From Octopus bimaculoides (taxonomy: Eukaryota), in NCBI RefSeq assembly GCF_001194135.2, contig NC_068983.1:11517035-11581034 (forward strand): DNA of 64,000 nucleotides, read 5' to 3'. Of this stretch, positions 49,977 through 63,466 are shown piece after piece. The notes under the pieces were generated by a model, which saw nothing but the letters and a program-made list of their open reading frames with translations, was not told the origin of the DNA and did not search any database. The position numbers were made by a program, and so were the translations under genes. Within the stretch, counting starts at the first letter, position 1; each line of letters begins with the position of its first letter.

Positions 49977-51045
49977 TAATAAATGCCCTGATGCAATACC
50001 AGGCACTGGCTCTTATGACTTCTGATCTTAACTGATTGGAAGTGTTATCATACACAATGTTTTGTCTTGATATAAAAGATGGACTACAGTAAATATTCTT
50101 CTCAATACCACAATTTTGCTAGTCAATTGTCTGACCTTAACCAGTTAATGATAATAATAATAAATAATTTCTATCAGAGCACAAAACCAGAAATTTGGTC
50201 AGTGGCATTAGTTGATAAAATTAAACCCCAGTTTTTGATTGCATTTGACAATATTTATTGAACCCTGAAGGATGAAAGGTAAAGTTTACCTTAGAGGGAT
50301 TTGATATCAGAATGCAAAGGGACCTGTTAAATTCCACAAAACATTTTCCATGGAGCAATACTGATTCTACAGCCGTAACAATAATAATAATAATAATTTC
50401 TTATATAAGTACAATGTATCAAATTCAGTAGAAGGAAATGGTCAGTTATATCAATGCAAATACTTGACTAGTATTTTATTTTATCAAGGCTGAAAGGAAA
50501 AGCTAACCCAGAACATGAAGGGACCTGCTTAAATACTGTAGAATATTTTTTATGGTGCTCTACTGACTCATTTCCACCATAACAACAATAATCATCTCTA
50601 CTACAGGCACAAGGCATGAAATTTTGGGGTGGGTGGGTAAGTCAATTACATGAACCCTAGTGCTCAACTAGTACTTATTTTATTGACCCCGAAAGGATCA
50701 AGGATTAAAATCAACCATGGCTGCATTTGAACTCAGAATGTAAAGCCGAACGAAATGCAGCTAAGCATTTTGTCTGGCATGCTTACAGTTCTGCCAGCGC
50801 ATCACCTTAATATTAATAAGAAGGAATATAATATATTTTTATAGTATACACAGAAAGCTACAAATTCTAACTGGAAAGATGATATCAATTTATCAACACT
50901 AGTATTTGAAGCATTCATTTTATCAATTGCTAAATGATGAATAGCAAGGCTGGTTTTGAATTCAGGAGTTAAAGACACACAACTAGATGCAACTTGGAAT
51001 TGCTCTACTAATTCTGCTAATCACCACCACCAATCTAAGGAATAA
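48985..51045 (-). mobile_element. Head-to-tail array of about 8 family-B-variant SINEs separated by (TAA)n
   Basis: Repeated ggcacaaggc..atttt...gaactcagaa...ctgccagc units, all on the minus strand, with variable divergence. Confidence 0.8.
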
Positions 51046-51606
51046 TAATAATATTTTAAATAGGTCTCAAATCTTAAAAGTATATTTATGAAAGTTGCCT
51101 TAGAATACAAAGATACATAAACAAATTCTAGCATTATATATTTTGACAGTAGTAGTAGTAACAGTAGCAGCAGTAATGGCTAACTGAACCTCCTAAGAAA
51201 TAACAAATAAATTACATATATGGAAAAGTTAACTTAATTTTAAATGTGATTTTGTAATAAAAATAAAAACTGAAGATTTTAATGAACTTATAATCTACAA
51301 CTAATGCAAAACAAATTGTAATAATCAATTTACATGTAGAACTGAAATGGTATTTCTTCTATTGTCATATTTATATATTTTGCAGTATAATTAAAGAGGA
51401 TTAAAAAGATCTCTTAGTTTTATCCATCTGCTTATCAATTAGGTGTTAATGACATAATAATTAAGGAATAGTGAAACCATAAAGAGAAACAAAGGCTGTT
51501 AGTCATTTATCTATGAATACACTATATATGACTATTTACATTTACATACAGACACATAAATACATATATGTACACATATAAATGCATATACCTCTCTCTC
51601 TCTCTT

Positions 51607-51646
<40 letters not shown>

Positions 51647-51972
51647 CATCTTAACTTTAATGTCCACTTTCCTATGCTTGCATGTGTCAAAAGTAATTTG
51701 TTGAGGTAGATTTTCTATAACTGGATGCCCTTCCAATCACCAACCCTCATCTGTTTCCAAGGAAGGTAATATTTCCTCATGGCCAGATTTGTTTTTCCAC
51801 ATGATTGGAAAGGTAAGACACTGCAGTGTGACAGTGGCACTCATTTACAACTTCAATGCAATGTCATGACAAGGAGACTCCAAATCACATCCATACATAC
51901 AACAGGCTTCTTTCAGTTTCCATCGACCAAGTTCGTCCACAGGGTTTTGACTGATTTCTGGCCATAATAGAA

Positions 51973-52027
<55 letters not shown>

Positions 52028-52129
52028 TTATAAATCTTTTGGGAATAGTTGCAGAGATGTTTAAAATTTCTGGTGAGGAAAGATACATGATTACCACCCA
52101 GATAGTTAATCAAGTTATGTAGGAAGTTG

Positions 52130-53340
52130 CCATACCCAGTAACTGGTGTAGTTATACCTTTGAAAACTGCTACAAAGGCAATGGAGATAACTTTAGAGAG
52201 AGGAAATTATAAAAGAATCAAACTATTAGTTGTTCAAGTTATGAAAATCATGGAGTGAGGTTAGCAAAACTGATCCATGAGAAAGGAGACCCAGATGAGA
52301 TACAGTTTGTCTTCATGCCTGGTGGAGGCACTACATATGTAGTCTTTCTGGTGAGGCAATGGTAAGTGCTGTACAAGCTGGGTACAAAGTTTCAGTAAGT
52401 AAAGTGAGAGTCAACAACACTTTGAATGACAAATTTAGTGGGAAGCTAAAAGTCTATCAAAATTCAGTCCTCGTTCTTTTCCCATTCCTCATAGACCTAC
52501 AGACTGTCACAAAAGAGTTTAAGGCTGGCTGTCAATGGGAACTCCTATATGTTGATGATCGGGTTTCCATAACTGAATCTTTAGTGGAATTAAAGAGGAA
52601 ATACAAAACATGGAAGCTAAACCTAGAATCAAGAGGTCCCGAGGTAAACTTAAAGACTAAGGTTTTAGTAAGCAGGAAAGAAGATAAGACTCTGGTATCT
52701 TTAGGGAAAGGACCTGGCTTAATATACAGAAAAGGGGTAGGTATAAATGCCACACTGCTATACCCTGCACAAGCTTCATATGTGACAGATGCACTGGAGC
52801 AGAAATAGATTCTTTTAAATGCCCAGATGGCTCATAGAAAGTAGTTGATAGCTTTTGTTACCTTGGAGATGTAATTAGCAAGGGAGGTGGTTGCTCTGAA
52901 ACCATAAGCAGACAGCATAAGAACCAGCCCGGAAAGGTCAGAGTGCTACTGCCACAGCAGACAACAAAATTTTTCTTTCAGAGTGAAGGTCAAATTGTAT
53001 GATGCTTGTATCAGAGGGCCCAAGAAGAGTGGAAAGAAATGAAGCTAGCATGCTCCATTTGATGTTCAATGCAAGTGAACATGAATGAAAAACAACAAAT
53101 ACATTTGAGAAACTGGGCATAACAGGTATCGGATGTGGTGTGCAAAAAAGAAGACTGCATTGGTATGAAAATGTGATGTGTATAGATGAGGACAGTTGCA
53201 TAAAAAAGTGTCAATCACTTAACGTGGATATGTGGATAAAACTTGTGGAAGAGAGAGACTCAAGAAGACATAAAATGAAGTGATGAAGGCTGATCTCAGA
53301 GCCTTAAACCCCATGAATGAGATGACAAAGGACTGAGATG
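52130..53340 (+). mobile_element. Degenerate RTE-clade LINE (RT and 3' region)
   Basis: ERGNYKRIKLL, EIQFVFMPG..VFLVRQ, VSKVRVNN, WELLYVDD, NLESRG.EVNLKTKVLVS. Confidence 0.85.
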
Positions 53341-53429
53341 ACTAGTAATGTGTCTCATGAGAAACACCTTCTCTGTGAAATTGAGATTCTAGAAGTACAA
53401 CATGTGTGTGTGTTTGTGTGTGCATGTAT

Positions 53430-53930
53430 ACGAACAACTGGATCCTTCTCAACTAATTCTATCCTCAAGATAGCTCCACCACACAGTATTATTCTGTAGC
53501 TATAATTAAATGTAGGCAGAACTGCATACATCACTAACTTTTCCTTTATACCATTTATCTTTGAACACTTGTTCCCCATTATATTCACTACCTCATCCAT
53601 TTCCCATCTGTGACTAACTCTCACTGTCCCATATTTTTGCAACCTCCACCAACCCAGACTTCCAATTCTGTGCTCTCACATTTCTATTCACATCAAAACT
53701 TGAGCATCGCTATTTGTATTTCTTTTTAGCCTCACCATGGCCACTCCCACCTGTTTCACAGAGTGAGTAGCAATGTAGTTCCTCAACACCAAGAAACAAA
53801 TTCTATTCTGGTCCCTTCTTTCAAACTTTAACCACTCATCTTCTAACATTATGCCCCCTTCTTCCCTACTGTAGCCCCTCCCCATTGTCAAAAATAATCT
53901 TAGTCTTGCAATCCACATGACGACCTCACT
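53430..53930 (+). mobile_element. Degenerate Penelope-like GIY-YIG/3' remnant
   Basis: CT-rich, weak motif similarity to 3300-4760. Confidence 0.3.
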
Positions 53931-54184
53931 AGTGCTCTTGCAACAAAAAATGCACTCTCTATGCACTTTAAAGTGGCTGGCTTTAGGAAAAGCACCTGGC
54001 CATAAAAACCATGCCAAAAAAAAAAAAAAAAAAAAAAAGATATGGAAGTACAAAGCAATCATTGGATCCATCAGATACTGTCAAGCCATCCAACCAATGG
54101 CAGCAAGGAACAAGACATTAAATAATGATGAAGATGATGATGATATGTATATATATTATATAGAATAAAAACCAGCTAGGGAAA

Positions 54185-54560
54185 GTTTAGAGAGCTAATG
54201 CCCCTGTTGGTAATAAAGGACCTCTACCTCAGAGTGAAAGGTAGACTGTATGATATTTGTGTATGAACAGTAATGATGCATGGTAGTGAAATGTGGCCTG
54301 TGAATGCAGAGGATGTGTAAATGCTTGAAAGAAATAAAGCTAGCATGCTCTGCTGGTTGTACAATGTCAGAGTGCCTGTAGGACAAAGTGTAAATGTTTT
54401 GAGAGAAAAATTGGGCATAAAAGACATGAGAAGTAGAGAGAAGACTGCACTGGTATAGTCAGGTGATGTGTATGGATGAGGACAGCTGCATAAAGAAGTG
54501 CTGGTCACTAAATATGGAGAAGACCTATGAGAGAACATGGGAAGAAGTAGGGTTAAGTGG
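54185..54560 (+). mobile_element. RTE-clade LINE 3' fragment
   Basis: RVKGRLYD..HGSEMW motif; colinear with 52950-53300. Confidence 0.75.
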
Positions 54561-54569
54561 TGAAAAATG

Positions 54570-55960
54570 AGCTTCAGTTGTTGAACCTCACAGAGCAGGT
54601 GTGCATAAGTGGTTTTCCTAAAGAATGAGAGCATGGTTGTTTGAGTGAATTCTTTTTTCAAAAGTACGAGTTCAAATTTGTCTTCGATTAACAGCATGTC
54701 GTTTCTGTCCACCCATTGACTCACATTATGCAGATCAGACTGGTATTTTGTTCAGTCTTCTCCATTGATAAGTTTTTGGAGCTTGAAGTCATCTGTAAAT
54801 ATTTTTACTTCATTGTGCTTAAGGTGCACATAGACTACGAAGAAAAGGTGGCCTAATATAGTACATGGGGGAACATTACTAGTGATTTTTAATGGACTTG
54901 AGTGGATTCCATCAATCATAATTTCTTGAGTTCTGTTCACTGGGAAATACTTAACCCAGTGCAGCAGTTAACTACAGATTCCTATATTGGATAGTTTTAA
55001 GAGCAGGATGTTGTGAGTGGCTCTGTTGAAGGTTTTGCTGAAGTCAAGATATTAACATTAGTGTTTCAGTTCTCTCTCAAAATTTTAGAGATTCCAAAGT
55101 GATGTAAAAGCTAGCAGTATTAGACAGTTTCTGCTGCAACAAAAGCTATGCTGGTAGGAATTTAGGAGATTGTTATGTTCTAGGAAGTCAATTATTCTAG
55201 ATCTTACCACTCTTTCAAACACTTTGATGATATGGGAGGTGAGTGAAATTTACTGCAAGGGACCTGTTACCCTTTTTGAAGACAAGGATGACAGACTGGA
55301 ATATGAAATTTTTCAGTTGTAGCCTGAGTTTAAAAGTTTTCTCCAGAAGTTTTGTTATAGGGGATGCAAGATAGTGTCTATAATTTCTTTACAACACTTG
55401 CAGGGAGCTTATCAGGACTTGCTGCAGAATAATGTTTGGTTTCATTTATTGCTGCAGTAATATTTGAGGCTGTGAGTTATGTCAGAGATAATATGTTAGG
55501 GGGTTGTGTTCATTGAAATATCTCACATCAACATCAGTGAAATCACTAAAGATAGAGAATACTGTTTCTGCAACATCTCTGCTATTTTTTTAATTTATTT
55601 ATTAGCATCATGGTGGAAAATGCTGTTATCAAATATTAGTGAACCAATGGATGAGAGTTTGTTGGCAAATGAATAGCATAATTTTGAGTTGTTTGAATTT
55701 TTTAAGAACCTAGTTTTCCTCTGCAGTTCTTTGGTTGTTGATGTACATGTTCATGCTGTTCTGCAGATGATGTTTTCCCAACTCAAGTGTTTTTATTGCT
55801 CTTAATTGTGGAAGTATTTAAAATGGTTGAATTTTTTTGTTAAATCTTTTGATTTTCCTGATGTTTTTTTTTCTTTCTTGGGAACCTACTCCTATTTGTA
55901 CCATTGAGTTTCGTTGGAGTATGTTTTGGACATATATCAGTGACAATGCTCTTGAACTCT
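54570..55960 (-). mobile_element. Degenerate CR1/L2-like LINE
   Basis: RTQEIMIDGIHSSPLKITSNVPPCTILGHLFF..VKIFTDDFKL (RT domain, GVPQGxxLGP and FADD equivalents). Confidence 0.75.
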
Positions 55961-56199
55961 GATCAAGCTGCTTCAATATCAGAAGAAATGTGAGTGAAGG
56001 ACCAGTCAATCAGTGACAGTTCTGTGCTTATGACGACTGATGTTATCAAATGGGTGTGTCACCAACACAAGTGCACTTTATGTGGTGCTGGTATGAGTGC
56101 TTTGGGTGCATTTTACATGACACCAGCATGGTTGCTTACTATGTGGTGCTAGCACAGGTGCTTTTTATGTGGCACTGGGAAGTATCTCAAATGTTATCA

Positions 56200-56350
56200 A
56201 CACTGGTAGGGGGTACTGTCTTGTTGTAAGAGGAGAGTTCCAACTACCATATTTTTCCAAGTCTGATGTAATATTCTTGGGTTACTATCTTTATTCACAG
56301 TACCTTCATATATGTTTTCATCAATTCCTAGATATTTGCAGCATTCCTTG
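56200..56350 (-). mobile_element. R4/Dong-like RT C-terminal fragment
   Basis: KYLGIDENI..GTVNK..EYYIRLGKIW..ELSSYNKT..PVLITF. Confidence 0.55.
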
Positions 56351-56354
56351 TGTG

Positions 56355-57392
56355 AAACATATTTTGTTTTTATGAGGTCCTTTTTAAGACCTACTGCTAA
56401 GCTCTGAGTGTTCAGCTCTGTCAACATGGTCTGCAGCCGGTCAATGGTTTCATCAATGAGTACAACGTCACCTGCGAATCAGAGGTGTGTTAGTTGCTTG
56501 TGATTGATGTTCATGCTACCTGTCCAGTCAATGCTCTTGATGACCATTTCTAGACATGTGGCTGGTATCTCCTTACTTGATACCCTTCTTGAGTGGGACC
56601 TTATATCTGTTGTACATCTAGAATTTGTATCTCTGAGTAGTTTGATGTATTGCAACTCAACACCTTGCATTTCCAGAGATTTCAACACTGCACTCATCTC
56701 AATGCTACCAGAGGCCTTTTTGTAATCAGCAAAAATGATACACAAAGGAAGCTTGTATACATTTACTCATTCTATGAGCTGTGTTAGAGCGAATATGTGA
56801 TCTATTGTACTGTAGTTCTTATGGAAACTGGCTTGTTCTCCTGGTTGTTGGTCACTGAGATGTTTTGATAGTCTGGTGACTATGACCTTTGCAAAGCAGC
56901 TTATAAAGGTGAAACAAGAGTTATATGGGGCTACGAATCTCAGGTACCAATAGGTTGCCAAGGAATTGGATAACAACCCTTGCCATATGTACCTACAACT
57001 GCAGATCTTTGGCATGGACAACCGGAATGACACATTTAATGGAACAGAAAAAAAGGAAATTAAATATGATGTACTAGGGCTCTGTGAAACACATCAAAGG
57101 AAAGAAATAAATGTGAAATGGACAGATGGAAGTGTTGTGAGAACGGAAAAGTGAAAGGTGTGAGAGCAGCAGGTTGTATAGAGTTTATTGTAAGCAAAGA
57201 ATGGGCTTTGAAAATTGTTTCCTGTCAATTGCTTTCATCACGCACAAGAGTACTAAATATGCGTTTCTCAAGAAATGCCACTCTGAAGAACATCCAAACC
57301 TATGCTCCCACACATACAAGTGAAGATGATGAAGTAGAAGAATTCTGTTAAGAGCTAGAGAAGGTGCTAGCTCACAAATCCACTAACACCAT
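56355..57392. mobile_element. RTE-clade LINE with divergent (head-to-head) RT and endonuclease pieces
   Basis: Minus: QQPGEQASFHKNYSTIDHIFALTQLIE..IIFADYKKA..HLRFAGD; plus: ICTYNCRSL..YDVLGLCETH..IQTYAPT..EVEEF. Confidence 0.8.
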
Positions 57393-57589
57393 ATATCATC
57401 ATTTAACGTCCACTTTCCATGCTAGCATGGGTTGGATGATTTGGCTGGGATATATATATATCCATCAATATATATCTAATATAAATACATCCCTGAAAGG
57501 CAAGTAACATGGTATTTACTTCAGCATGGTTTCTACAGCTGGATGCCCTTTTTAATGCTGACCACTTTACAGAGTGGACTGAGAGCATT

Positions 57590-58810
57590 TTTCAGAAGCC
57601 TATGTTCTCCTTTAAATGAGTGGGGCTGTTGTAAAGGAAGATGGCTTTATACAAGGAAGTGAAACGATAAAGTATGAAAAAAGGGGCCAGAACTGAACAA
57701 GTTCCTTGCTGTAGAGTGGCTACTGATATACTGGAAGAATAGGTGAAGTGGAAACGGAAAGAGAGATAAAACAGTGATGGTGAAGTATCAGGGTAGACCC
57801 TGAAGGCACAAGAATGTGAATATAGATGAGTAGTGATAGGGTGTGAGGGAGTGTAAAAGTTACAAGGGGAGATTGAATGAGGGTTATGTATAGGGAAAGG
57901 GTGATGCAAATATAACAAAGGACAATAAACATAAGTTAGGTCAGAATAAGTGATGACTCTAGGGTTGAAGGATAGAAGTAGTGAATGGTGGACAAAGGTG
58001 AAGTGATGGTTGATGATACATATTAGATGGAAGTGGGTAGATAGAGAGGAGTAGGTGATGATTGACAGTAAAGAAGGGGGTGAGGAGTAGCAAAATAGTA
58101 ATGGCATAGGAGACAAGGGGAAGGGCCGAGAGCAAAGAAGATAACATGTGAGTGGGTAGGTTGCATGAAAGCAGCAGAAAAAGCAGACATAGCGCTAAAA
58201 GATGTGTGGTGGTGGGGAAGGAGAAATAATTTGGCAGTAAAGATGGAGGATCAGTGTGAAATATGGTTGGAGGGGGATAATATTAAGAATTAGGGATGGA
58301 TGATGAATGAAGAGGTTCTGGAAAGTGTGTGTGTGTATGCGTGTGTATGTGTGTGTGTGTATACAGCTGTTATTGTATGCTCTATGTGGTTCTTAATGTT
58401 TCCTACTGGTCAATGAAGCTAGTCAAGTTTGGATCACAACAATGTGCTTATAAAGTAACTGCTGGATTTTGAAATTCCTACTCCTTTGCGTATGTATGTA
58501 TGTTTATATAGATATACATATCTGCTATACTACTCACTCAAATACTGTAAATGGTAATATTATCTCCCTCACATCATAACCCTACTACAGTCCCTTAACT
58601 TCTCTTCCTCCTCTCTGACAAACACCTATTTTCTTCATCTCAAATCCTCCAAATTAATATTCATTGCAGCCATCTCAATCTCCACCTCTAACCATCTTTC
58701 ACACTCCAGTGCATTTGTCTACTCACCCACCTTTTCTGTTCCCCTGTTCCTATTCTTTCTTTCACATTCAGTTTATAACCTCAAGTACCAGATATTCAGT
58801 ACACTTTATA
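57590..58810. mobile_element. Oppositely oriented CT-rich Penelope-like remnants (57590-58320 minus, 58540-58810 plus)
   Basis: Purine-rich and pyrimidine-rich blocks share ccaaccat.tttcacact-like motifs. Confidence 0.3.
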
Positions 58811-59258
58811 ACATGCATGGCATTAGGAAAGGCATCCAACTGTAGAAAACTAGACAAAGCAACCAGTGGAGCTTGTCGCAACCTTCTGGTTCATCAGTTC
58901 CTGCTGAACCGTCCAACTCGTGCCAGTATGGGGAAAGGAGTGATCAATGATGATGATGATGACATACATGTATATAATACACACACACACACATAAATGG
59001 CACAAGCATGGTAGTGAGGTTTAGAAGTATGTTTCCCAATCAGATGCTTTGCATTCAATCTCACACTGCCTGACACCCACCACGATATTCTCAAGTCTAA
59101 CAAAGTCTGTTACATATTGATATGGATATACATATATATATGTGTGTGTGTGTGTCTGTCTGCACTTGTGCGTACATGAGAGTTCTTGGTCCCACAGGAA
59201 CCTGTCAAACCATCCAACCCGTGTCATTATGTAACATGGATGTAAATGATGTTGGTGG

Positions 59259-59292
<34 letters not shown>

Positions 59293-59629
59293 GATGACTG
59301 CATCAAGTCACTCTTGAGTGCAACTGGTAACATGTAACTCAGTACAACCTGTTGCATGGTTAGGCATTTGGTAACTAAACCAGGAACACCAACAAGCTTG
59401 AGTGGTGTTTCTTGGACACCCTGTGGAATGAAAAACAGAGAGCTGTCAAAGGGTGAATGAACTCGGAGGGAGGGGGCAATGGCCATCAATTACATGATGT
59501 ATATATGCACAGGGACTTAGAAACTAATGGTTCGGTACCCAGGTGTGCATTTAGCCTACCTGGGTAGATTAGACTCTAACCCATAGCAAAGGCAACTAAC
59601 CCAAGGGATGGAGAAGTCTAAATGTACAT

Positions 59630-59684
<55 letters not shown>

Positions 59685-59691
<7 letters not shown>

Positions 59692-59786
59692 AAAGAGAGA
59701 AAAAGTTAAAGAGAACAATGGCAAAGTTAGAAATATATTTCTAACTTTGCCATTGTTCTCTTTATCCTTTTCTCTCTTTATACATA
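59685..59786. repeat. 102-bp spacerless near-perfect palindrome
   Basis: Perfect 58-bp core 59707-59764 (taaagagaacaatggcaaagttagaaata|tatttctaactttgccattgttctcttta); arms extend to 51 bp with 2 mismatches. Confidence 0.95.
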
Positions 59787-60217
59787 TACACGCTAATACA
59801 CGACCTATGTTATAATCCCCACTCATGTTTATACAACGAAAGGGACAAAACTAGCCGGTATACAGCACTTACTTGGTATTACCTGTATCTTTGGGTTTGG
59901 TTGAATTCAATACCCTGCATAACCTTACATATATATATATATACAGTTTATAAGCATATATAATATAGGCTTAGTATATATAGTATATTTATATATGGTG
60001 CAGATATAGCATATATATGTGTGTGTGTGTCATAGGACACTGAAACTTCACAATAAATTTCACTCTAGTACTCTCAGTTTAAATTCATGCCAACAGTAAA
60101 TTCATAATTTTGTTATTAAATCCTTGAAAAAAATAACATATTAAGATATTAATATTTGTGTGTATGAGTGTGTATTTGTACACAAATATATGTCATTATT
60201 AGTAGTATTCTTATTAA

Positions 60218-60254
60218 TATTATTATTATTATTATTATTATGATAATAATGATG

Positions 60255-60318
<64 letters not shown>

Positions 60319-60350
60319 TAATAATAATAATAATAATGATAATAATAATA
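60218..60350. repeat. (ATT)n to (AAT/GAT)n compound microsatellite
   Basis: Directly visible. Confidence 0.9.
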
Positions 60351-61436
60351 AAAGTTCACAAACAGAAATTATAGTACTCCATATGCTGTGTAGAGTGAAT
60401 ATATATAACTTTGTTGATATGTTTATCAGTATTTCTTCATGAGGAAGTTTCATTTTAAGCAAAGATCTCTTTATATGGCTCAACAGAATGATGTACATAG
60501 CATGAAAAGTGATGGAAATGTAGCAAATATTTAGTGAATATATACATGTATGAATGTTAGTGTATCTGTGAGTGTGTATGTGTGAGAGAGAGAGTGAGAG
60601 AGAGAGAGAATGAGAGAGAGTGACAATGAAAGAAAGAGAGAGAGTGTGTGTGTGTGTAAACATCCAACATATTTGAACATGAAATGATGAGCAATGCCAT
60701 TAACTACAACAATTTATATTTTATATTTCTTTTCCAGCACATATTGAAGTATTTCTATAAAATACGTTATGACTTTTCAAATACCAGTTGGTTAGAGTTG
60801 TTGTGCTGAAAAATGCTAACAACATGATCAAAAGGGATTTGAAATCAAGGGCAAATCATAAGTAAATGTTTGTGCTCTATTGGCAAAATTTCTTTAATAT
60901 GTGTGGAGTATGAATTTTGTAACATGTGAAAGGTAATTATCTTTATACATTTTCCTTCAATATATAACTATTAGCTTGAATAATTTCCCAATGAAACTAC
61001 TTGTATATTGAATCTAAAAACACATTTCCAACTCAATTCAATTTTATACTGCAGCCTTATCTTTAGTGTGTCTATACTTCTGAGCATTGAAATGGCTCAG
61101 ATTATACTTCAGTAATATCCTAAATGTATTTTTTGTATAATTCAAATGCTTACTTGATAGACAACCGACTCTGGGATGTAATCACAAAATAACACCACAT
61201 AAAACTTTGTTGCTCTTTATATCAGCTATGAAGTTTTGTAATATAGTTTTAGTGATCTATCACTACAGAGGCTATTCTAACAATTAAACTGACATTGTGG
61301 CAGGAAATAACAAATTATAAAACATACTGCAAAAGAGATAAATATAAATATTATCCAATGTTACAAATATGGTGATATGGTGTGTGTGTGTGTGCACATC
61401 TATATACACACATATATGTATATAGAGTTTGCACGC

Positions 61437-61467
<31 letters not shown>

Positions 61468-63466
61468 NNNNNNNNNNNNNNNNNNNNNNNNNNNNNNNNN
61501 NNNNNNNNNNNNNNNNNNNNNTATATACTTACACACACACACACATACAGTCAAGTAGATTTAAGATAAAACTCAATTTTAGATTTTATTCTAATAAAAA
61601 AAAATGCTACTGAGATAAATGTAAATTGTAAAATCAAAACCAGGGAAATAACATTTAACTACTTGAAACACAACTTGAATTTCATTACAAAAAGATACAT
61701 AAAAATGGTCAATTCATTATGTTAATTTTAATTCGAAATAATGTCATTTAAGATATCTGTACATGTAACCAATTTGAGTATTAAAATAATATTGCAAAAT
61801 AACAAAATTTTAATACTATATTTGTCTTTTAATTTTGGCAACTAACGTAGAAAGGGAATATGCAGTCTATGGAAGTGGATACTAAAAATAAATACTTTTA
61901 ATTTTTGACAAATCATTATTTACATTTTGAACATTCATTAATAATTGTATAAAAATCTAACTAGTAAAGTTTAATTAGTAACTTGCAAGAAATTTTAGTT
62001 TATAAAACAAAAGGAGTAAATTTCCTAATAATAGCATGGTTGAGTTATAACATTTTTTTTTTCATTTCTTATGCTGGCATTTAAGACAAGTTTATAAATT
62101 TAATCAGTCTATCCTATTATTATAATGTACATTTGTGCATGTGTGTGTTTGTGTGAAAGTCTTAATCACTTTGTATTTTGTTATCTAACTAACTGTTTCC
62201 TTAATTTTAAAAGACAATCTGTATAATATAGAAGAACTGTTACTCAAAATAAAATATTGGTTTCAAGAATACTTAAAATGAAGCACATGAGAACAGAAAT
62301 GAATGCAATTGATCAACATACGCCCTAGAAAACTATATGACAACAGATACTGAATATCAGAGCTTAAAATGTAATGAATATATAGAGAAAAAATGTTACC
62401 AGTTTATTTTTTTTGGCAACTGGAACATTTTTTCTCTAATACATTTCCATACACACTTATGCAAACACACATACATATAAACAGACATACACCTATATGC
62501 AAAACTACACACATAAATATATTTATATTATGTTTATATACATAATGTAAATGCATTGATATGTGCGCATATGCCCCAAAACATACGGATTACAAAGAAC
62601 GATAGCAAAATGCCAACAATGAAACAGCAGTAAAGAACTAAATTAAAAAAAAAAAAAAAGAATTATCAAGCTGAACAGTCATAGACACAGTAATAGAAGT
62701 AAGTTGAAGGACAACATTCACAAAATTTACCTATCCTTTGATAATTTGTATTCATTGTAGAATTAGAGAAAATCTAAATGAAACAGTAAAATGTAGCAAA
62801 AAACTCGACATAAATGAAATTTAAAAAATAATTTACATAAATTCCCTTCTGAATTTTGCAGACAAATAAGTGGCAGACATTCTATTTGGGTGAAATAGTT
62901 TTCTACACACTGATAAATACAAATATGTGGAAATGGGTTTTAAAAAAATAATTATTCAAGTCAAATTACATTGCACCAAAGCTACTCATAACATTAGGTG
63001 AATTTTAAAAAGTAAATTTAATTTGAAAATTACATAAGATGTGCAAAAAAAAAACAAAAACAAAAGATAACAATAATCTAACACTGACAGCTCAATATCT
63101 TAAACAAGTGGGAGTTGAAAAGAAAAAGAATGAATGTGACTATTTCAAATTGAAAAAGGAAACTAAAGGGAATAAGGCGGCAGCAGTGAGACATGGAGTG
63201 GAAAATGGAAGAAAGGAAAAAAAAAAAAAAAGGAAAAAAAAAAGAAAAAAGAAAACAACAAAAATATGGACAAATACTGTTTAAGGATAGACATGAACCA
63301 ACAAACAGACAGATATAAGTTATGTATATTCACAAGAACTGATAGACGAGTTGAGAGACAAAGGACAGATAGACAGTCAGAAAGAGACACAGACAGCATT
63401 TAATTGTTAAAAGTCAGTGTCAGTTTGTTCGATCACATTCTACAGTAACTAATTTTGCAGACCCAC

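Larger units (their letters stand above)
26862..61521. other. Assembly gaps at 26862-27095, 30158-30457, 31492-31685, 43099-43108, 44544-44850, 47646-48402, 61468-61521
   Basis: N runs, mostly bounded by microsatellites or repeats. Confidence 0.99.

Noticed and set aside
49981-50050. Short resemblance to U2 snRNA motifs on the minus strand (cctggtattgca, atcagttaagatcaga)
   Set aside because: Patchy, with spacing incompatible with U2
61153-61224. gtaagc donor with 17-nt or 72-nt exon options
   Set aside because: The 72-nt form has stops in all frames; the 17-nt form shifts the frame with no partner
7112-62000. Many ORFs of 60-320 aa rich in YI, HT, CV, poly-L/I/N/D or X
   Set aside because: Translations of microsatellites, SINEs or N gaps, not genes
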